Assembly (NCBI GenBank): GCA_964606975.1
Contig: CAZSGY010000006.1
Span: 24,814-88,813, forward strand
Direction of reading: 5' to 3'
Length of the DNA stretch: 64,000 nt
From: an uncultured Gammaproteobacteria bacterium
GTDB taxonomy: Bacteria > Patescibacteriota > Microgenomatia > UBA8517
Shown piece after piece: positions 57,222 through 64,000 of the stretch; positions within the stretch are counted from its first letter, which is position 1, and every line of letters starts with the position of its first letter. The notes under the pieces were generated by a model. That model was not told where the DNA came from. It was given only the letters and a program-made list of their open reading frames with translations, and searched no databases. The position numbers and the translations under genes were made by a program.

Positions 57222-58416
57222 AACAGTTCAATTTAAAGATTTATTTAAAACCGCAATTGCTGATTTTAAAAGAAGTAAAGTACGGACAATACTAACTTCT
57301 TTGGGGATAATGATCGGGGTGTTCTCGGTTGTGATGTTGATAGCCCTGGGTTTGGGATTAAAAAATTATATACAAGGGCAATTTGAAAGTTTGGGGGCAA
57401 ATCTACTTATGGTAATGCCGGGAAGCGGTTTTAGTAGCAGCGGGGGATTTGGCGCCAGCATGGTAGGTGGAATTAAATTTGACGAAAAAGATGTTAACAG
57501 TATCGCCAGAATTGCCGGAGTTAAATACACAGTCCCGCTTTACATGAGTACCGTTACGGCCGAAGGCGGATCTGAAGAAAAAACAACCTATCTTTTTGGA
57601 GTCAGTGAAGACTATTTTGATTTGATGGGAGTGGAAACCACAGAGGGGGAACTTTTTACAAAAACAGACGTGTCCTCAAAAGCTAAAGTCGCAGTTCTAG
57701 GGTTTACGATAGCAGAAGATTTATACGGCGATGCGCAAAACGCTGTCGGCAAGACAGTCAGATTCGAAGGAATGAGGTTGAAAGTTTTGGGCGTGGCAGA
57801 GAAAAAAGGTGATCCCGATAGAGATTCAGCAATACTTATGCCTTATAAAACAACTTACGGAAGTTTGAATCCGGATAAAACTTTTTGGTCAATCTATGTG
57901 GGCGTGACTTCGAAAGAAGAGATAGAAACAGTAAAGAGCCAGATCAAGACTGCTCTTGAGAAACGCTATGACGAAAATGATTTTTCCATAACTGAACAAT
58001 CAGAACTTTTATCCATGATTAACCAAATTTTTGACATACTCAATATTGTTTTGGTGGCAATCGGGTCAATATCGTTAGTGGTGGGCGGAATCGGAATTAT
58101 GAATATCATGTATGCAACTGTTACCGAGCGCACAAAAGAGATCGGGGTTATGAGGGCGATCGGTGCAACGGAAAAAGATATTATGCTGCAGTTTATGACA
58201 GAGGCACTGATCCTTTCAGTTTTTGGCGGACTTTTGGGACTTTTATCGGCATCCTTGGTTGTCCTTATTGTCAGATTCTTTTTCCCGGCAGCAATAAGTG
58301 CTTTTGCCGTAATTGTGACATTTGTGATATCATCGGCAATCGGAATATTTTTTGGGGTTTTTCCTGCAAAGAGAGCGGCTCACCTTTCTCCGATCGAGGC
58401 CATAAGATACGAATAA
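57214..58416 (+). CDS. ABC transporter permease (MacB-like, FtsX domain)
   Basis: N-terminal TM, periplasmic MacB core domain, C-terminal FtsX 3-TM with GVMRAIGAT. Confidence 0.88.
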   Translation: MIKTVQFKDLFKTAIADFKRSKVRTILTSLGIMIGVFSVVMLIALGLGLKNYIQGQFESLGANLLMVMPGSGFSSSGGFGASMVGGIKFDEKDVNSIARIAGVKYTVPLYMSTVTAEGGSEEKTTYLFGVSEDYFDLMGVETTEGELFTKTDVSSKAKVAVLGFTIAEDLYGDAQNAVGKTVRFEGMRLKVLGVAEKKGDPDRDSAILMPYKTTYGSLNPDKTFWSIYVGVTSKEEIETVKSQIKTALEKRYDENDFSITEQSELLSMINQIFDILNIVLVAIGSISLVVGGIGIMNIMYATVTERTKEIGVMRAIGATEKDIMLQFMTEALILSVFGGLLGLLSASLVVLIVRFFFPAAISAFAVIVTFVISSAIGIFFGVFPAKRAAHLSPIEAIRYE

Positions 58417-58434
58417 TAGGTTAACATAACAAAA

Positions 58435-59280
58435 ATGAAAGAAATGGAACAAAAAATTAAAGAAGTTGAGGGGATGTACCTAAACCTTAATTTACAGGGC
58501 CTGGCAGAAAAACTGGGCAGGCCTTTAGTTATTGCTAATTATATTTGCGACAAAAATGATGTAATTGCCAAAAGAGGCGAAAACGGAGAATTCCAAGTGG
58601 CCCCGGAACTTAAAAATGTTTCGGATTGGCAGCTTTTCCAAGAACTTACGGCTCAGGCAGATGCAATAATTACCGGGGCCGGATATTTAAAAAGATTCGC
58701 CTCTTTAGGAGAGAAAAGTCAGAACGTGATTGACCAATTTTCCGAGGGCGGAGAGTTTGCCGGACTGGGCAGGTGGAGGGTCCAAAACGGCTTGAAAAGG
58801 AATCCTGATATTATTATTGTCAGTAGAAGTCTCGATTTTGAAATTCCCTCCCCAGTTTTTGCCGATGGAAGAAAGGTTATGGTTTTTACGACTTTTGATA
58901 GTTCCGTTTCGGAAAAGGCCAAACGATATGAAAAAAGCGGTGCCGTTGTTATTCCTGCCGGAAAGGACGGAGTAGACGGGAAAGTAATGTTTGATTATTT
59001 GAATAGAAACGAATCTTACAAAGTTATTAAAATGACAACCGGACCAAGGGTCCTTGACATACTTCTTAGTGCCGATATTCTGGATGAACTTTTTATTACT
59101 AGAGTCGATAGAGGAATAGAAGCAGATTCTGCCGATACCCAAACAATTTTACATAATAAGAAAGTTGATAGTCTTCCGGGTTTTCGATATGAGGAAATGT
59201 TCCGTCAAAGTGGTGTTAGGGCATCTGACGGGAGGGTGATTTCCCAAACCTTTGGAGTTTACAAAAAAGGTAATATTTAA
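58435..59280 (+). CDS. RibD C-terminal domain / dihydrofolate-reductase-like family protein
   Basis: ...IITGAGYLKRF...GPRVLDILLSADILDELFITRVD.G... Confidence 0.5.
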   Translation: MKEMEQKIKEVEGMYLNLNLQGLAEKLGRPLVIANYICDKNDVIAKRGENGEFQVAPELKNVSDWQLFQELTAQADAIITGAGYLKRFASLGEKSQNVIDQFSEGGEFAGLGRWRVQNGLKRNPDIIIVSRSLDFEIPSPVFADGRKVMVFTTFDSSVSEKAKRYEKSGAVVIPAGKDGVDGKVMFDYLNRNESYKVIKMTTGPRVLDILLSADILDELFITRVDRGIEADSADTQTILHNKKVDSLPGFRYEEMFRQSGVRASDGRVISQTFGVYKKGNI

Positions 59281-59336
59281 TCCCGATTCGTTAATTTCTC
59301 ACAGACTTTGTTAACGGGAGTGATTATAATTAAATA

Positions 59337-60350
59337 ATGAACACTGCCCAGAAAATAATTGTTGGAATCGCAGCGCTTTTGGTAATAGGGGCTTTTTTCA
59401 TCAAGCCCAATGTCAGCCCTTCTCTCCGGGATGCAATCAAAACGGAAACCAATCCTTTGAGTATTACTTACTTGAGGCAGGGGGTTTACCCGGGAAGTGA
59501 AATTACCATTGAGGAAAAGTTGCCGGCGGAGGATACCTACAACCGGTATATTTCTTCATACTATTCCCAAGGATTAAAAATATACGCTTTACTTTTGGTG
59601 CCGGCTACAGATACACCCAAGAACGGCTTCCCCGTAATAATCTTGAATCATGGTTATATTATTCCTGATAAATACACCCCCGAGGGTAATTACATTCCAT
59701 ATGCAGATGCTTTTGCCCGTGCCGGGTATATAGTTTTCAAACCCAGTTATCGTGGGCATGGAAAAAGTGAAGGAAGTCCTACCAGCGCCTATTTTTCACC
59801 CGATTATTTAATCGATGATTTAAATGCAATTTCTGCTATTAAAAATTATGAATCGGCAAACCCCGAAAAAATCGGGATTTGGGGACATTCAATGGGAGGA
59901 AATATAACCCTTAAAGACGTTGTCGTCGGTGACAAAGCTATAAAAGCAGTTTCTATATGGTCGGGAGTTGTAGCTCCGATAAACGATATTATTTATAATT
60001 GGCAGGATAGAGTTTCCTACAAACCGGACCCACTTGATTTAAGACTTAGAAACCAGAATAGAGATTTGCTGATTAAAACTTACGGTACACCTGATGAAAA
60101 TCCTGATTTTTGGAACTCCATAGACCCGAATTATTATCTTGAAGATATTAAAATTCCGGTACAAATTGAGGTGGGGCTATCCGATACCCAGGTTCCGCCT
60201 GATTTTTCCAGGGGATTGTATGAAAGACTGAAGAAATTGGGTAAAAATGTTGAATATCATGAGTATCCCGGTGCCAACCATGATATTAATCAAAGTTTTT
60301 CGGAAGCTATGAAGAAAACTATTGATTTCTTTAATAGATATCTGAAATAA
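59337..60350 (+). CDS. Membrane-anchored alpha/beta-hydrolase (S9/dienelactone hydrolase-like serine hydrolase)
   Basis: N-terminal TM; nucleophile elbow GHSMGG; catalytic D/H context. Confidence 0.75.
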   Translation: MNTAQKIIVGIAALLVIGAFFIKPNVSPSLRDAIKTETNPLSITYLRQGVYPGSEITIEEKLPAEDTYNRYISSYYSQGLKIYALLLVPATDTPKNGFPVIILNHGYIIPDKYTPEGNYIPYADAFARAGYIVFKPSYRGHGKSEGSPTSAYFSPDYLIDDLNAISAIKNYESANPEKIGIWGHSMGGNITLKDVVVGDKAIKAVSIWSGVVAPINDIIYNWQDRVSYKPDPLDLRLRNQNRDLLIKTYGTPDENPDFWNSIDPNYYLEDIKIPVQIEVGLSDTQVPPDFSRGLYERLKKLGKNVEYHEYPGANHDINQSFSEAMKKTIDFFNRYLK

Positions 60351-60360
60351 TCACCTTCTA

Positions 60361-61392
60361 GTGAAAGAACGTATCAAATCTATAGATTCCATGAGAGGAG
60401 TTGCGATATTGGCAGTTATTCTCATTCACACAACTACCCGCACTCTTGAGGCATCAGCTTTCGATTTGCAAAGCTATTCCTGGACATTATTTCTTAACCA
60501 GATTTCGCGTTTTGCGGTTCCGCTATTTTTTATAATCTCCGGATTGGTTTTGGAATTAAGCGCCAAAGAAGAAAGTTACCGGACATTTTTCAAAAGACGT
60601 TTTATAAAAATTTTTGTTCCTTTTGTCATTTGGAGCCTTTTTTACTACTATCTTGTTTATAATCAAAACCACGATAGTCTTTTGAAAGTATTTTTAACCG
60701 GTAATGCGTCATATCAGCTTTATTTCATCCCCACGCTTTGTATTTATTATCTGCTTTTTCCGTTATTGCACAAAAAATATAAAATTATCTCAAATAAGTT
60801 TTTTTTGGTTTTTTTGGGCCTGTCGCAAATAGCACTGCAGTCCTACGATTACTATATCAAGGATTTAGATTTCTCCGACCCTATACGCATCGTTTTAATG
60901 TCTTATCTCTTTTTTGTAATCGGAATTATTGCCGCCAGAAATATTGAAAAAATTAATTCATTTGTAAAAAAGCAAAAGATCATGCTAACTATTTTTTCTA
61001 TCGCTTCCGGAATATTTGTTTTTTGGGAGGGAAGAAGTAGATTTCTATCAACAGGGAATTATCTGTCTTATTACTCACAGTGGAGGCCAAGTGTGTTGAT
61101 TTATACAATTTTGGTCGGTTTATTTTTTTATTATATTTTTGAGTATTTAAGCAAAAAAACATCCGTTATTTCAAAATTTTCTACCCATTCATTTTTTGTA
61201 TTTTTTGTTCATGTGGCAGTTTTGGAATTGATGTGGACATACCTTGGAAATAAAGTTTTTGTTTTATTAAATGGAAGCCTATTTGGAAAACTCATCTTTG
61301 ACCCGATCTTTTTTGCAATCGTTGCCCTTGTTTCTTTTTTGATAGCCAGGTTTATTCACAAAATACCCAAATCGGGCAGGCTTCTTGGCTAG
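60361..61392 (+). CDS. Acyltransferase family 3 membrane protein (O-acyltransferase)
   Basis: 10-TM; SIDSMRGVAILAVILIH, FAVPLFFIISG acyl_transf_3 motifs. Confidence 0.85.
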   Translation: MKERIKSIDSMRGVAILAVILIHTTTRTLEASAFDLQSYSWTLFLNQISRFAVPLFFIISGLVLELSAKEESYRTFFKRRFIKIFVPFVIWSLFYYYLVYNQNHDSLLKVFLTGNASYQLYFIPTLCIYYLLFPLLHKKYKIISNKFFLVFLGLSQIALQSYDYYIKDLDFSDPIRIVLMSYLFFVIGIIAARNIEKINSFVKKQKIMLTIFSIASGIFVFWEGRSRFLSTGNYLSYYSQWRPSVLIYTILVGLFFYYIFEYLSKKTSVISKFSTHSFFVFFVHVAVLELMWTYLGNKVFVLLNGSLFGKLIFDPIFFAIVALVSFLIARFIHKIPKSGRLLG

Positions 61393-61457
61393 ATCACTTC
61401 CTGAAGAACGAAATTCTGTTATTAGCCGGGATAGGCTTTGCACGGTATAATAATTTT

Positions 61458-62282
61458 GTGACCAACAAAACAAGAAAAACTGTAGGTTTGGCTCTTGGAA
61501 GCGGAAGTTGGCGTGGTTTGGCCCACATAGGTGTCATTAAAGAGTTGGTCAAAGAGGGAATCCCCATTGATTATATTGCAGGATCAAGTGCGGGAGCGCT
61601 AATCGGAGGGCTTTTTAGTTATTTCGGTAGAACCTCGGAAATTGAAAAGCTGGCAGAAAGCCTAAGTTACCGGTCTCTTTATGGCATCCTTTTTGATCCC
61701 GCCAGAAAGTTGGGTTTAATAAATGGCAAAAAGTACACTCAGTTTATTGAACGCCAGGTTGGTGAAGTCAGGATAGAGGACTTAAAGATTAAGTTTGCGG
61801 CTGTGTGTTCAGATTTAATTCAAGGTCAGGCGGTAGGAATCACGGCCGGAAAATTAAGTGAGGCAATCAGGGCAAGTTCTTCCATACCGGTAATTTTCAA
61901 GCCCGAAACAATAAACGGAAGGCTGTTGGTCGATGGAGGCAATAGTATGCCCATACCTGTGGATATAGTCAGAGAAATGGGAGCTGATATTGTTATCGCC
62001 GTAAATCTTTATGACAACGTCTTTCCCTTTAAAAAAGAATATCTTAAAAAACAAACCATTAACTCCTTGTCGGTGTCCAGGATTACTTATCAAATGATGA
62101 TTTACAGCCTTGCCAACGAAAATTTGAAAAATGCTGATGTGGTTATTAGCCCAAAAATTTGGGAAGGAGAATTTAATATTTTCAAAAACTTTACTATAAA
62201 TCAGGAAGTAACCATTGAGGATGGCCAGCGTGCGGCCGGCGAGGCCGTAGCTGTAATTAAAAGACTTCTTCAGGAGAAATAG
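61458..62282 (+). CDS. Patatin-like phospholipase
   Basis: GLALGSGSWRG oxyanion hole (GGxxG), GSSAG nucleophile, DGG catalytic Asp. Confidence 0.9.
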   Translation: MTNKTRKTVGLALGSGSWRGLAHIGVIKELVKEGIPIDYIAGSSAGALIGGLFSYFGRTSEIEKLAESLSYRSLYGILFDPARKLGLINGKKYTQFIERQVGEVRIEDLKIKFAAVCSDLIQGQAVGITAGKLSEAIRASSSIPVIFKPETINGRLLVDGGNSMPIPVDIVREMGADIVIAVNLYDNVFPFKKEYLKKQTINSLSVSRITYQMMIYSLANENLKNADVVISPKIWEGEFNIFKNFTINQEVTIEDGQRAAGEAVAVIKRLLQEK

Positions 62283-62306
62283 TTCAAAGAAACCGGAGGC
62301 TTTAGG

Positions 62307-62933
62307 TTAACCCAGGTGCTGCATGTCATTCCAGGAAACCAAACTCCAACCAAATTTTTCGGTGTGTTCGCAAATAGTAATACCGGTGTTTTTGATAATC
62401 GCATGATGTCTGAAATTCCAAAAAATTTTTGCAGTAAGTGATTCCTTAAATAAAACTAATGAGGCAAGTGTTTTGATAAATGTGCCATGAGAAACTAAAA
62501 GTACATTTTGATCGGAGTGATTTTCCAATAAATGATTCAGAACTTTTTCTGCCCTTACTTTTAAGTCGCTGAAATTTTCCTCATCTGAAAATTTCCAGCT
62601 CGGATTTTTGTAATTTTTCAAGTAAGCTTTTTCAAATAATTTTGCCTCGACACTCCTGACATGTTTGCCGCGAAGAATTGAAGGTCTTCTGATTTCCCTA
62701 ATATCATCCCAAGTCTCAATTTTTAGATTCTTAACTTTTGAAATAATCTCTGCTGTTTGCTGAGCTCTTTTGTAGCTGCTGGCATAAATGAAATCAATTG
62801 GTATTTTAGCCAATCTTTCGGCTAAGATTTCTGCCTGACGCTTTCCGATTTCGGACAGTTCTGTTTCGGGAAATTGATAAGTTTGGGATTTATTTCCCTC
62901 GCTTTCCCCGTGTCTTACCAGATAAACCAGCAT
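62307..62933 (-). CDS. Histidine phosphatase family protein (phosphoglycerate mutase-like)
   Basis: LVRHGESEGN catalytic His motif; SHG second motif. Confidence 0.85.
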   Translation of the reverse strand: MLVYLVRHGESEGNKSQTYQFPETELSEIGKRQAEILAERLAKIPIDFIYASSYKRAQQTAEIISKVKNLKIETWDDIREIRRPSILRGKHVRSVEAKLFEKAYLKNYKNPSWKFSDEENFSDLKVRAEKVLNHLLENHSDQNVLLVSHGTFIKTLASLVLFKESLTAKIFWNFRHHAIIKNTGITICEHTEKFGWSLVSWNDMQHLG

Positions 62934-63041
62934 AAAGAGATTATATCAAGAGTAGTTAAAAAGGCACTATCCATATGGTGCAATTTTACTTGAAAGAAAA
63001 CTGCACCCCCGTCCGTACTACTAGTGAACGAATGAAAGGGG

Positions 63042-63428
63042 GTGAAAAATATGAATAAAGGAATTTTAGCTTTGACAGGAATAGTACTGGGGGCAGGGGC
63101 ACTATTTGCCGCTTCCTCGAGCACACTGGCTTATAGAGGAGATCCGAATGTTCAAGGGCCAAACTATACGGCCGAAAGGCACGAAACCATGACCAAGGCA
63201 TTTGAGAATAATGACTACAATGCTTGGAGAGAGCAAATGGATGGCCATGGCAGAGTTACTCAGGTAGTCAACGAGGAAAACTTTGCGAGGTTTGCCGAGA
63301 TGCATCAGCTTATGCTTGATGGGAAAACCGATGAGGCAAATGTTATTAGAGCCGAGCTTGGACTGGGACAGCAAAACGGTTCCGGCCAGGGACATTATGG
63401 AGGATACGGCAGAAACGTTAACCGTTAA
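63042..63428 (+). CDS. Secreted hypothetical protein with Gly-rich C-terminus (128 aa)
   Basis: Signal peptide (ALTGIVLGAGALFAASSS); strong SD AAGGGGGTGA; terminator follows. Confidence 0.55.
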   Translation: MKNMNKGILALTGIVLGAGALFAASSSTLAYRGDPNVQGPNYTAERHETMTKAFENNDYNAWREQMDGHGRVTQVVNEENFARFAEMHQLMLDGKTDEANVIRAELGLGQQNGSGQGHYGGYGRNVNR

Positions 63429-63453
63429 ATTGTCTATCTGAAAAAGTCAGAGC

Positions 63454-63490
63454 CCTGCCTGTAAAAAGGCAGGCGCTTTGGCTTTTAAAA
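63454..63490 (+). terminator. Rho-independent terminator (CCTGCC-tgtaaaaa-GGCAGG + T-rich)
   Basis: 6-bp stem 63454-59/63468-73 followed by CGCTTTGGCTTTT. Confidence 0.55.
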
Positions 63491-63528
63491 AGATATTATG
63501 ATTGGTGTTTGTACTACAATAATGAGGT

Positions 63529-64000
63529 ATGAAAGATATATCAAAATTACCGGACGAAGATATTGTGAATTTAGTTCGCGGCAAAGATAAAGAATTATTT
63601 TCCTTGATTATCAAAAGATATCAGGAGAAACTTTTAAGGTATGCAGATTATTTAATTGGGGATGAGCATAAAGCCGCTGATGTGGTTCAGGAATCTTTTA
63701 TTAAAGCTTATATAAATTTAAACGGCTTTGATGTAAAAAAGAAATTCAGTAGCTGGATGTATAGGATTGTTCACAATGCCGCCATAGATGCTGTTAATAA
63801 AAACAAAAAACAGATTCCACTTTCCGAGAAAACTGATTTTGACAGTGGAGTGAATCTCGAAGATGAACTTATAAAAAAAGAACTCAAAATCAATGCGCAA
63901 TTATGCCTGCAACAAATACCGGTAATTTACAGGGAACCGCTTACTCTTTATTTTTTAGAGGAAAAAACGTATGAGGAAATCGGAGATATTTTAAGAATGC
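63529..64000 (+). CDS. ECF-type sigma-70 family RNA polymerase sigma factor (3' truncated by window edge)
   Basis: Region 2: ...AADVVQESFIKAYINLNGFD....FSSWMYRIVHNAAIDAV; region 4 begins ...EPLTLYFLEEKTYEEIGDIL. Confidence 0.8.
   Translation, partial: MKDISKLPDEDIVNLVRGKDKELFSLIIKRYQEKLLRYADYLIGDEHKAADVVQESFIKAYINLNGFDVKKKFSSWMYRIVHNAAIDAVNKNKKQIPLSEKTDFDSGVNLEDELIKKELKINAQLCLQQIPVIYREPLTLYFLEEKTYEEIGDILRM

Noticed and set aside
61458-62282. Patatin-like phospholipase as part of a CBASS-type defence operon
   Set aside because: No CD-NTase/cyclase, no E1/E2/JAB or other CBASS companions nearby; more consistent with a lipid-metabolic phospholipase.
1-64000. CRISPR arrays, rRNA genes, transposases/integrases, prophage genes
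   Set aside because: No regularly spaced direct repeats, rRNA-like conserved stretches, DDE transposase, tyrosine recombinase or phage structural genes were seen anywhere in the window.

Overview
The window is a 64 kb contig from a small-genome, AT-rich bacterium (about 40% GC) with hallmarks of the Candidate Phyla Radiation (CPR/Patescibacteria): no uL30 (rpmD) between rpsE and rplO, a Zn-type S14, a truncated uL15, Lys/Glu-rich tails on several r-proteins, and mostly Shine-Dalgarno-less starts. The standard genetic code is used (TGA/TAA/TAG stops). About 26 kb is the conserved translation/transcription core: the rpoB 3' end, rpoC, the str operon (rpsL-rpsG-fusA-tuf), rpsJ, then the S10/spc/alpha operons from rplC through secY-adk-map-infA-rpmJ-rpsM-rpsK-rpsD-rpoA-rplQ-rplM-rpsI. 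This core is broken between rpsJ and rplC by a 2.3 kb insertion. The insertion holds a convergent NAD-dependent sugar epimerase/dehydratase, a polytopic (glycosyltransferase-C/polymerase-like) membrane protein, a small acidic protein, then a promoter-plus-hairpin leader that restarts the operon at rplC. Downstream of rpsI lies an orphan 366-aa low-GC gene whose 3' end overlaps an antisense tRNA-Pro(GGG), with a duplicated 20-bp fragment of the tRNA 5' end nearby. After that come recA-recX, RNase Y (short N-terminus), HU, an ABC-2 transporter, miaA, an AI-2E permease, and RNase P RNA (rnpB) on the minus strand, which the ORF track does not see. Further on are an ArsR-glutaredoxin pair, a Cys-rich type IV pilin next to comM, dtd, a short endonuclease III-like gene, an unannotated 45-aa zinc-ribbon gene, DUF4446- and DUF3048-like proteins, a wHTH regulator, secDF, cca, recJ, archaeal-type aspS, a DacA-like carboxypeptidase, gltX and a 3D/RlpA-like protein. 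The tail of the window has an acidic protein plus DUF4258-like (putative toxin) pair, a MacAB-like efflux system, an accessory enzyme block (RibD_C-like reductase, alpha/beta hydrolase, acyltransferase-3, patatin, histidine phosphatase, a secreted small protein) and a partial ECF sigma factor. No rRNA, CRISPR array or recognisable transposase/integrase is present.
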